Of a DNA stretch of 64,000 nucleotides, positions 37,184 to 44,989 are shown piece by piece. Source of the stretch: Gemmatimonadales bacterium (lineage in GTDB: Bacteria; Gemmatimonadota; Gemmatimonadetes; Gemmatimonadales; GWC2-71-9). The notes under the pieces are model-generated. The model ran no database searches, had not been told where the DNA came from, and was given only the letters and a program-made list of their open reading frames with translations. The stretch lies in assembly GCA_965248285.1 (NCBI GenBank), contig CBDFJJ010000013.1:135272-199271 (forward strand). Reading direction: 5' to 3'. How positions within the stretch are numbered: the stretch's first letter is position 1; each line of letters opens with the position of its first letter. The position numbers and the translations under genes are program-made.

Positions 37184-38595
37184 GAGTTATTTTCGAAAGT
37201 TGTGGATTGGAGGAATGAGAAAGGCGGCGTATCCTTTCGTGTAGTCAGTTGAAACGTACACGAGATCCGGTTGTGACGACCGGAGAAAGGACACGCCACC
37301 GATGTTGAGGATAATAGAGAATGCGTCTGAGAGCAAAGGGAACGGACTGTTCGCAGACCTGGACGAGCTTGCCAGAGAGGGAGCTCGGCGGATGCTGGTG
37401 AGTGCGTTGGACGCGGAAGTGACCGAGTATGTCGAGCGATATCGGATTGAGCGAGACGGAGAGGGCCGCGCCCTGGTGGTGCGCAATGGCAAAGCCCGTC
37501 CCCGCAAGGTGACGCTGGGTGCTGGTACGGTCACGGTGACCGCGCCACGGGTGCATGACCGTCGTATGCGGGCGCAGTTCACGAGCAAGATTTTGCCTCC
37601 CTATATGCGGCGGTCGCCGAAGGTGGCGGAGGTCTTGCCGGTGTTGTATCTGCGCGGTCTGTCGACGGGAGATTTTCGCGAGGCGTTGCCGATCTTGTTG
37701 GGTGAGGACGCATCAGGCTTGTCCCCGACGACGATCACGCGATTGACGGCGGCGTGGGAGGGGGAATACCAGGCGTTTCGCCAGCGTGATCTGCGTGATC
37801 GGGAGTATGTGTACGTCTGGGTCGACGGGATCCACTTCAACATTCGCCTCGAGGCCGACCGGCTGTGTACGCTGGTGATGCTGGGCGCCCGGGCGGATGG
37901 GACGAAAGAGCTGATCGCGGTGGAGGACGGCTATCGGGAGAGCACGGAGAGCTGGTTGGCGGTGTTGCGCGATCTGAAGCGTCGGGGGATGCGGGCCCCG
38001 GTGCTGGCGATTGGGGATGGCGCGTTGGGGTTCTGGGCAGCGGTGCGGGAGGTGTGGCCGGCGACGCGGCAGCAGCGCGACTGGGTGCACCGGATGGCCA
38101 ACGTGTTGGACAAGCTTCCGAAACGTTTGCAGCCGGCGGCGAAGCGGGTGTTGCGCGAGATGATGTATGCGGAGTCGCGTGCGGAGGCCGAGGCGCTGGT
38201 CGAGCGTTTCGCCACCGCGTATGCGGCCAAGTATCCCAAGGCGGTCGCCTCGCTCACGCGGGACCAGGAGCACCTGTACAGCCATTTTGATTTTCCGGCC
38301 GAGCATTGGAAACATATCCGTTCGACGAACGTGATCGAGTCTGCCTTCGCGACGGTCCGGTTACGACAGCGCGTGACCAAGGGAGCGGGCTCGCGGAGCA
38401 AAGGGCTGACGATGGCGTTCAAGCTGTTGGAGATGGCGCAGCAACGTTGGCGGAAACTCAACGCTCCAGAACTTCTCCCCCTGGTGTTGGCAGGAGAACA
38501 ATTCAAAGATGGTATGCAGGAAACTGACAAAGAGAACACGGATCGGAAGGTCGCCGCTTGATCACTCACCGATCCACAACATTTGACAATACCTC
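37184..38595 (+). mobile_element. IS256-family insertion sequence, copy 1 (1412 bp)
   Basis: Imperfect terminal inverted repeats: GAGTTATTTTCGAAAGTTGTGGATTGG and the reverse complement of CCGATCCACAACATTTGACAATACCTC. The 9-bp direct repeat GGTACGAAA lies at 37175-37183 and 38596-38604. Identical to copy 2. Confidence 0.9.
37302..38561 (+). CDS. IS256-family (mutator-type) transposase
   Basis: 419-aa ORF with blocks such as YVYVWVDGIHFNIR, LAIGDGALGFWAAV and STNVIESAF, typical of IS256/mutator transposases. Confidence 0.9.
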   Translation: MLRIIENASESKGNGLFADLDELAREGARRMLVSALDAEVTEYVERYRIERDGEGRALVVRNGKARPRKVTLGAGTVTVTAPRVHDRRMRAQFTSKILPPYMRRSPKVAEVLPVLYLRGLSTGDFREALPILLGEDASGLSPTTITRLTAAWEGEYQAFRQRDLRDREYVYVWVDGIHFNIRLEADRLCTLVMLGARADGTKELIAVEDGYRESTESWLAVLRDLKRRGMRAPVLAIGDGALGFWAAVREVWPATRQQRDWVHRMANVLDKLPKRLQPAAKRVLREMMYAESRAEAEALVERFATAYAAKYPKAVASLTRDQEHLYSHFDFPAEHWKHIRSTNVIESAFATVRLRQRVTKGAGSRSKGLTMAFKLLEMAQQRWRKLNAPELLPLVLAGEQFKDGMQETDKENTDRKVAA

Positions 38596-38799
38596 GGTAC
38601 GAAAGCCGCGCCGCGTGAAACATGTCGCCGGGAACACCGTTCACCCACACCATCAACACTTCCTGAACACAAACCGCGTTTGTCTCAACTACAAAGCCCC
38701 GAACGCCGCTGGGACGCTCGGGGCTGATCTGGCACCACTCTACAGGGCCAGCTACACGCTCACCGCGTCAATGATGGCCTGGGCGGCGTCAATCAACGC

Positions 38800-39086
38800 T
38801 TGTCCATCCGCTGGCAAAAAGGCCGCTTCGCTCATAGCGGGAATGCAGGGCGATCGACAAAGAGCGTTGCAGCTCTACCAAGACGGCGCATGCGCGGTTC
38901 TTCCTGCCCCTATCGCAAGCCTATATTGCGGCATCCTTGGGCGAGATTGACAGGGCAACCGCGCTCCTTCGAGAAGCTGTGGGCAAGGGCTTGCCAGTCA
39001 CATTCATTCATAATCAATCGCCATTCCTTTTTCGACTCCTCCGCGACCATCCGCCGTTTCAGGAGTTGATCAGGCCGAAGGGGTGA
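38800..39086 (+). pseudogene. C-terminal relic of a TPR-type protein, frameshifted
   Basis: One frame reads ...GMQGDRQRALQLYQDG. After about 38886 the sense continues in another frame as ARFFLPLSQAYIAASLGEIDRATALLREAVGKGLPVTFIHNQSPFLFRLLRDHPPFQELIRPKG-stop (39084-39086). There is no N-terminal part. Confidence 0.4.
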
Positions 39087-39140
39087 GCCGCGGATGACAG
39101 CCGCGGATGACGCTAAAGCTTTGGATCTCAAGGATCCCCC
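39087..39140. repeat. Family-3 array (b), short
   Basis: GCCGCGGATGACAGCCGCGGATGACGCTAAAGCTTTGGATCTCAAGGATCCCCC begins right after the relic stop codon. Confidence 0.8.
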
Positions 39141-39204
39141 CCCTCCCTCCTCCCTCCTCCCTTCTCCCTTGGGAAGGGTGGTGTGCGGGGAGACTCCTCC
39201 GCGG

Positions 39205-40368
39205 TCACGGCCACAGCGTATCGTCTGCCAGCGCGTTCGCCAGATCCTCAACGGTCCAGACGTCGATTTGGTTCCACGCGCGTAACTTGCGAGTCCCGCC
39301 GTAGACAAGGATCCTCCGTGCAACCTTTGGCAGATCTTCCAGGGCCCTGAGCCCGGGCAAGAGCGAATTCGAGAATCTCTTCTGGGATTTCACTTCGATT
39401 GCCAGGAACTCCCGGCCTCGCTTGAGGAGAAAGTCGACTTCGACCCGTTTGGCCTGGACGGGTGCCCAGTAGAAGATGTCGTCAAAGAGCCGTCTCTCCT
39501 CTTCATAGGCCCGGAGCAAGGACAGCACCCATCCTTCCAGTAGCGGACCGCGCTCCTCCGCCGATACGGGACCGAATTGCTTCTTGATGGCCCGAACGAG
39601 GCCAGGGTCCACCCAATACAGCTTCGGGTGTTTTCGCTCCCGCACCCGCAACCGCGCCTCGAATGCCGGAAGCCGGTAGGTCATCAACGTGTCTTCGAGG
39701 ATCTCGAGATAACCGTTCACCGTGGTGCGAGCAATTCCTGCATCACGGGCGAGGCCGGATACGTTGACCACTTGTCCGTGAAACACCGCGGCCGTGGGGA
39801 GAAAGCGGATGAAGCCGGGCAGGTTCCTCACGAGTGCTTCGGCTCTGATCTCCTCGCGCAAATACATCTGCACGTAAGCTTCGAGGGCGAGCCGTCGGTC
39901 CGGAGCACTCCAGATAAGAGGGATGCTCCCGTAGCGGAGCACGGATTCGAGGGAAAAATCGGCCCCTAGCTCCTCCGGAGTCAGCGGAAACATGGTCTTC
40001 CGGATGGCCCGGCCGGCGAGCAGGTTCGTTCCGGCCGTCTTGAGCTTGCGGGCGCTCGAGCAGAGGAGCGCGAAGCGAAGCTTGCGATCCTCGATGAACC
40101 GGTGGACCTCGTTGAGCAGGCCAGGTATGCGCTGGATCTCATCCACGACTACCCAGCGTCCTTGTTGCACGGTGCGGAGTTCCGCCGCGAAGAGGCTGGG
40201 ATCACCGAGGAGGTCATGGTACAGGGCTTCGTCGAGCAAGTCGACCCGATACGCCTTCCCGAGGCGCTCTCGTGCCCACGTGCTCTTCCCGATCCCGCGC
40301 GGACCGAAGAGAAAGAAGCTACTCCGCGGAAGCTGGGTGAGTCGCGGGTAATGGTGGTTGTTAACCAT
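39205..40368 (-). CDS. AAA-family ATPase of the AAA_14 / DUF4143 type
   Basis: 387-aa ORF with Walker A FGPRGIGKST and Walker B-like VVVDEIQ. Length and layout match the COG1373-type ATPases. Confidence 0.75.
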   Translation of the reverse strand: MVNNHHYPRLTQLPRSSFFLFGPRGIGKSTWARERLGKAYRVDLLDEALYHDLLGDPSLFAAELRTVQQGRWVVVDEIQRIPGLLNEVHRFIEDRKLRFALLCSSARKLKTAGTNLLAGRAIRKTMFPLTPEELGADFSLESVLRYGSIPLIWSAPDRRLALEAYVQMYLREEIRAEALVRNLPGFIRFLPTAAVFHGQVVNVSGLARDAGIARTTVNGYLEILEDTLMTYRLPAFEARLRVRERKHPKLYWVDPGLVRAIKKQFGPVSAEERGPLLEGWVLSLLRAYEEERRLFDDIFYWAPVQAKRVEVDFLLKRGREFLAIEVKSQKRFSNSLLPGLRALEDLPKVARRILVYGGTRKLRAWNQIDVWTVEDLANALADDTLWP

Positions 40369-40521
40369 GCCGTCATAATACCAGGAAATATGACGGCTAG
40401 CTAGTCACCGGTGCGCTACTGGTCTCGACGTCGTGGCCATTCGCCGCGGCTTGCTCGAGATCAGCGCCGATCCCATGGGACTGCTGTGGATGAACAACTC
40501 CGGTTCCGCTCCATGACCAAC

Positions 40522-40550
40522 TTGACTAAGGCAAGAAATGTTGATAGATT
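40522..40550 (+). promoter_or_regulatory. Putative promoter of the phd-vapC pair
   Basis: TTGACT (40522-40527), a 17-nt spacer, then TAGATT (40545-40550). TTGACTAA and TTAGTCAG form an inverted repeat across the promoter. The ATG is at 40573. Confidence 0.5.
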
Positions 40551-40572
40551 GGTCTAGTTAGTCAGAAAAGCT

Positions 40573-40818
40573 ATGTCAAAGCCCATCAATATCTACGAAG
40601 CCAAGACCCGGCTCTCGGAACTAGTCGAGCGTGCTGCTTCCGGCGAAGAGATCATCATCGCGAAAGCCGGGACACCGCGGGCTCGGTTGGTGCCCATGCG
40701 CAACGCGAGCGGCCCGCACCAGCCCGGAGGTTGGGAGGAAGGCGTGTGGGTAGCGGACGATTTTGACGCGCCGCTCCCGCCCGATGTCCTCGCGGCGTTC
40801 GAGGGCGACGAGTCCTGA
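40573..40818 (+). CDS. Phd/YefM-family antitoxin
   Basis: 81-aa ORF with the typical N-terminal Phd block INIYEAKTRLSELVERAASGEEIIIAKAGTPRARLVP. Confidence 0.85.
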   Translation: MSKPINIYEAKTRLSELVERAASGEEIIIAKAGTPRARLVPMRNASGPHQPGGWEEGVWVADDFDAPLPPDVLAAFEGDES

Positions 40819-41189
40819 GGGTCCTGCTCGACACCCACGTGTTCATCTGGTGGCGCCAGGATGCTCCACGGCTGAGAGCAGAGGCGCGAGACGCCATTGC
40901 CCGAGCCGACCTGGTGTACGTCAGCGCTGCGTCGGCGTGGGAGGCCGCTCTCAAGGTCGCGCTGGGGAAGCTTCGAATCCCAGGGCCGTTCGAGGAGGCC
41001 GTCGCTGACAGCCACTTTACCAAGCTCCTCATCGACTTCGATCACGCGGCTGCCGCGGCCGGGTTGCCCGCACACCACACGGATCCGTTCGACCGGATGC
41101 TCATCGCACAGGCCCGGCTGGAAGGCCTCACCATGGTTACGCACGATCGGAACTTCGGACCCTACGACGTGCCACTCATTTGGACGTGA
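40815..41189 (+). CDS. vapC: PIN-domain toxin (VapC-type); start apparently CTG overlapping the antitoxin TGA
   Basis: The first PIN strand LRVLLDTHVFIWW needs a start upstream of the first canonical codon (GTG 40839). CTG 40815 sits in a CTGA overlap with the phd stop. C-terminal motif HTDPFDRMLIAQA. Confidence 0.7.
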   Translation: MRVLLDTHVFIWWRQDAPRLRAEARDAIARADLVYVSAASAWEAALKVALGKLRIPGPFEEAVADSHFTKLLIDFDHAAAAAGLPAHHTDPFDRMLIAQARLEGLTMVTHDRNFGPYDVPLIWT

Positions 41190-41202
41190 CGGCGGCGCGG
41201 GC

Positions 41203-41315
41203 AGCCGCGGATGGAGCCACGGATGACGCTAAAGCTGCCGCGGATGACGCTAAAGCTTTGGATTACACGGATCCCGGCCACGGATGTCGCTAAAGCTTTG
41301 GATATCACGGATCCC
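41203..41315. repeat. Family-3 array (c)
   Basis: Successive units read GCCGCGGATGGA, GCCACGGATGACGCTAAAGCT, GCCGCGGATGACGCTAAAGCTTTGGATTACACGGATCCCG and GCCACGGATGTCGCTAAAGCTTTGGATATCACGGATCCC. The array starts 14 nt after the vapC stop. Confidence 0.85.
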
Positions 41316-41337
41316 ACTCCCCTACCCGGTAGAGCGG

Positions 41338-41460
41338 ACCCCGGGCTTTAGTCCGGGGTCGCAAGACAGATAGCGGGATCTCAAGAGCCAACCCCGGGCT
41401 TTAGTCCGGGATCGCGAGACGAATGGCGGAATCTCAACAGCCAACCCCGAGGCCAGGGGC
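41338..41460. repeat. 53-bp tandem repeat x2 (plus a partial third), each opening with a CCCCGG/CCGGGG hairpin
   Basis: The units are ACCCCGGGCTTTAGTCCGGGGTCGCAAGACAGATAGCGGGATCTCAAGAGCCA and ACCCCGGGCTTTAGTCCGGGATCGCGAGACGAATGGCGGAATCTCAACAGCCA. Confidence 0.8.
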
Positions 41461-41603
41461 GGTAGCGAACGGCGGTAAGTCGGTAGGGCGGTAGCCCACC
41501 CCTCCGGGTAGATCGATTAAAATTCCTATGTCGTCCGAAGAACACACGGATTGCTATCCTGCCACGTTTTCGTGGTTCACCAAATACTCGGTTCGAGGTA
41601 ACA

Positions 41604-42914
41604 ATGAAGCAACCCGATGTCATAATCATTGGTGCCGGCGTCATAGGTTGTTCGACGGCTTTTGAATTGTCAAAGCGTGGGTACCAAACACTCAATATCG
41701 ATAAAAACAGTGGTCCCGGATCGGGCTCAACCATCAACTCGTGTGCCATCATCCGAGCCCACTACTCAACCCGGGATGGCGTGTCGTTGGCCTACGAAGG
41801 GTTTAAGTATTGGGCTGATTACGAGAATTGGCTGGGGGTGCGAGACGAACGAGGTATGGCCAGATTCGTGAACTGCGGCACGATATTGCTCAAGACAGAA
41901 GGCCATGATTGGCGCAAGGTATTGAAACTGTACCAAGACATTGGCGTCGAACATGAGGTTTGGGATGCTGAGACCCTGAAGAAACGAATGCCCATCTATT
42001 CCACCGTCAAATTCTGGCCGCCGGCCCTCCCTGACGATGAAAACAATCCATTCTGGCAAGACGCGAATGAAGAGCTTGCGGGCGCGATATACACTCCTGG
42101 TTCTGGCTACGTCAACGACCCGCAGCTTGCCACCCACAACATGAAGGTCGCGGCAGAGGGTCAGGGTGGCCAATTCCTTTTCAACAGGGCGGTGGTGGAG
42201 ATACGACGACATAACGGGAAGGTGTTGGGCGTGACCCTTGACGATGGACAAATTGTTGATGCGCCGGTTGTGGTCAACATCGCCGGCCCCCATTCATTTG
42301 TCATCAATCAGATGGCCGGCGTTGAAGAGACCATGAAGGTCAAAACAAGAGCCCTCCGGCATGAAGTGCATCACGTCCCTTCGCCCGAAGGATTCAATTT
42401 TCAAGAGGATGGACACCACACCTCAGATGGCGACACCGGGGTGTATTTCCGCCCGGAAACTGGAAATTCTATCCTGGTCGGCAGCGAAGATCCGAAATGT
42501 GACCCGAAAGAGTGGATCGACGATCCGGATGTTTTCAACCGGAGTCTTACCCAAGACCGCTGGAAGGCTCAGGTCTATCGCCTCGCACGGCGCATTCCGG
42601 AGTTGCCTATTCCTAACAAGCCCAGTGGTGTCGTGGATCTGTATGACGTGTCGGATGACTGGCTGCCCATCTATGACAAGTCGGATTTAGACGGCTTCTA
42701 CATGGCCATCGGCAGCAGCGGTCACGAGTTCAAAAATGCGCCACCGGTTGGTTACATGATGTCTGAGCTGATTGATAAGGTCGAAAACGGCCAGGATCAC
42801 GATAACGATCCGGTCAAGTACAAAGCGGTCTACACCGGCTTGGCACTCAACATCGGTTTCCATTCCAGGAACCGTGAGATAAATCGGGAGAGCAGTTTTT
42901 CGGTGAATGGGTGA
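41604..42914 (+). CDS. FAD-dependent oxidoreductase (DAO / sarcosine-oxidase-beta-like family)
   Basis: 436-aa ORF behind GAGG, with dinucleotide fold DVIIIGAGVIGCSTAFELSKRGY and C-terminal GSSGHEFKNAPPVG. G+C is markedly lower than in its neighbours. Confidence 0.8.
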   Translation: MKQPDVIIIGAGVIGCSTAFELSKRGYQTLNIDKNSGPGSGSTINSCAIIRAHYSTRDGVSLAYEGFKYWADYENWLGVRDERGMARFVNCGTILLKTEGHDWRKVLKLYQDIGVEHEVWDAETLKKRMPIYSTVKFWPPALPDDENNPFWQDANEELAGAIYTPGSGYVNDPQLATHNMKVAAEGQGGQFLFNRAVVEIRRHNGKVLGVTLDDGQIVDAPVVVNIAGPHSFVINQMAGVEETMKVKTRALRHEVHHVPSPEGFNFQEDGHHTSDGDTGVYFRPETGNSILVGSEDPKCDPKEWIDDPDVFNRSLTQDRWKAQVYRLARRIPELPIPNKPSGVVDLYDVSDDWLPIYDKSDLDGFYMAIGSSGHEFKNAPPVGYMMSELIDKVENGQDHDNDPVKYKAVYTGLALNIGFHSRNREINRESSFSVNG

Positions 42915-42921
42915 TACAAGT

Positions 42922-42967
42922 CCGGTTACCGGTTACCGGTAACCGGTAACCGTGGATTCCGTGGCCA
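42922..42967. repeat. Family-1 element, half copy (d)
   Basis: CCGGTTACCGGTTACCGGTAACCGGTAACCGTGGATTCCGTGGCC matches the right half of copy b and begins 8 nt after the stop codon at 42914. Confidence 0.7.
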
Positions 42968-43003
42968 TTCAATCGGCGCTGCGGGGCGCCTGTACGGTAT
43001 AGA

Positions 43004-43801
43004 ATGGAACAGCCTAGTCCCCAGCTGAATTTCGCCGGCCAGGTGGCCCTCATCACCGGCGGCGCCAGCGGCATTGGTCGCGCGGTTGCGGAGCAGCTCG
43101 CGGAGTTGGGCGCGTCGATCGCGGTCGCCGATGCCAATATTGAGGGAGCCGATACCGTCGCAGCGGAGCTGACCAACCGCGGGGCTGCAGCCATTTCCAT
43201 CCAAGTCGATGTCAGCAAGCCCCACGAGGCCAACGATATGGTGGCTCGCGCGGTGGCCCGTTTCGGTAAGGTCGATATCCTGGTTCACAGCGCCGGTGTC
43301 GGCGCCGAGAAATCCTTTCTCGAAACGACACCCGAGGAGTGGCAGCGGCTGATCGACATCGACCTGTCCGGTACCTTCTACTGCGGCCAGGCGGCAGCCA
43401 AACACATGGTCGAGCGTGGCTATGGCCGGATCGTCAATCTCGCTTCGACCGCGGGCATACGTGGCGGAACCGGACGTACGGCCTACGGTGCGGCAAAGGG
43501 CGGCGTCGTGACTTTGACAAAGGTGATGGCCGTCGAACTCGCGCCCTATGGCATCACGGTGAACGCGCTGGCACCCGGCGCCATCGACACCGAGCTTGTT
43601 GCCCGCATGCATTCCGAAGAAACCAGAAAGGTTTACCGCGCCGGCATACCGCTGGACCGCTATGGCACACCTGACGAGACCGCGTTCACCGCCGTGTTCC
43701 TAGCGAGCGAGCAGTCACGCTACGTGACCGGGCACGTCTTGGCCGTGGATGGCGGATTCCTGGCTGCCGGTGTGATGCACCGCCGTGACCCGGGTTCGTG
43801 A
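43004..43801 (+). CDS. Short-chain dehydrogenase/reductase (FabG-like)
   Basis: 265-aa ORF with TGGASGIGRA (T-G-x3-G-x-G) and YGAAKGG (Y-x3-K). Confidence 0.85.
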   Translation: MEQPSPQLNFAGQVALITGGASGIGRAVAEQLAELGASIAVADANIEGADTVAAELTNRGAAAISIQVDVSKPHEANDMVARAVARFGKVDILVHSAGVGAEKSFLETTPEEWQRLIDIDLSGTFYCGQAAAKHMVERGYGRIVNLASTAGIRGGTGRTAYGAAKGGVVTLTKVMAVELAPYGITVNALAPGAIDTELVARMHSEETRKVYRAGIPLDRYGTPDETAFTAVFLASEQSRYVTGHVLAVDGGFLAAGVMHRRDPGS

Positions 43802-43916
43802 GCCACGGATTCCACGGAAAACGCGGACCCCCACCGACCCTTCCCACGATTGTGTTTTTCCCACCGCACCCCGGGAAGGATCGGTGGAGGTCCGTGGGTT
43901 CCGTGGAATCCGCGGC
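43802..43916. repeat. Family-1 palindromic element (copy e, short)
   Basis: GCCACGGATTCCACGGAAAACGCGGACCCCC ... GGAGGTCCGTGGGTTCCGTGGAATCCGCGGC begins at the base after the SDR stop codon. Confidence 0.8.
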
Positions 43917-44065
43917 TAGGCTCCCGCTGGTGGCGCTTATCCCGCCAAGGTGTACATTAGCATGGGGTTTTAGGCTCGGGGGCTCGGGGGCTCGGGGGCG
44001 ACGGCTCGGTTGGGCCGCTGCCAAGTTTGGCGCCGAATCTGTCGAGAGCCGAGCCGGGGCGACCT

Positions 44066-44986
44066 ATGATGAGACGGACGCTACTCACCGTTCTGGCCGT
44101 GGCACTGTGCTCCAGCACGGAGGCCGTGGGCCAGGAGAAGAAGAAGATCTGGGAGCGTCTCAGCTTCCGGGAATCGTTCTCGGACGTGCTGGGACGATCT
44201 CGGCCGGCGTCATTTAGCCTCCTCCTACCTGGTGATACCACCCCTTCGGTCAGCATCCGCACGGCCATGCGGGTGGACCTCGGTTTCGGGAGTTTGGGTC
44301 GGAAGGTCGATATAGGCCCGTACGTCGAATACCGGCGGCACACGAACATCAGGTTGCCGCAGAACGTCTTTATGGTCGGGCTGTCGATGGACTGGCAGAC
44401 TCGGGACGCGGAGGCGGAAAAGCAACCGTGGAGTGCCGTCTTGGTTTTGCGCGTCAACTACAAGAACGACTTCGTTCGCGCCACCAAGTCGGTGCAGACG
44501 AACGTGCTCTTCACGCCGGTAGCGAGGGGCGGGGGGGGAGGGGGCGGCGTGGGCCGCGTTCTCCAAAATCTCTTTCTCCCGAATGTCCCGACGCACTTTG
44601 GCACGGCGTTGCAGTTCAGCTACAGCCCGTACATCGGTTTCGAGCACGAGGGCGTGCTGAGCGCTGCGGCTGATTCCCTCGAAGGCTCCGTTGTCCGGTC
44701 AGTCGCTCGGGTGCGGGCGGAGCTGCTTCCGCTGCCTTCGCAGTTGTCAGGACGGGTCGAACTGAACCTCGAGTATTCCTACGTCTACGACTTGATGAAC
44801 CGTGCCGACCCCGATCGGCTAGCCCCCGGTCACCGGCTCGTGAAGGCGAACGCGAACGTGTGGTTCGTGCGAACGGCTGCCGGGAGGTTGGCCGGCGTGT
44901 CCCTCCAATACACCAACGGTGAGAGTCCAAGCGTTGGTTTCCGACCCCAGCGACTGACGCAGCTGACGTTCGCGGCGAAGTTCTAG
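44066..44986 (+). CDS. Putative outer-membrane beta-barrel protein, function unknown
   Basis: ATG at 44066 gives the signal peptide MMRRTLLTVLAVALCSSTEAVGQ. The body has an alternating-strand pattern, the C-terminus is TFAAKF, and there is an internal poly-Gly loop. Confidence 0.55.
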   Translation: MMRRTLLTVLAVALCSSTEAVGQEKKKIWERLSFRESFSDVLGRSRPASFSLLLPGDTTPSVSIRTAMRVDLGFGSLGRKVDIGPYVEYRRHTNIRLPQNVFMVGLSMDWQTRDAEAEKQPWSAVLVLRVNYKNDFVRATKSVQTNVLFTPVARGGGGGGGVGRVLQNLFLPNVPTHFGTALQFSYSPYIGFEHEGVLSAAADSLEGSVVRSVARVRAELLPLPSQLSGRVELNLEYSYVYDLMNRADPDRLAPGHRLVKANANVWFVRTAAGRLAGVSLQYTNGESPSVGFRPQRLTQLTFAAKF

Positions 44987-44989
44987 CGC

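Noticed and set aside
13093-43916. Repeats after stop codons as integron attC sites or a cassette array
   Set aside because: There is no intI. The genes are large and lie on both strands. The element ends do not match the RYYYAAC / GTTRRRY core sites.
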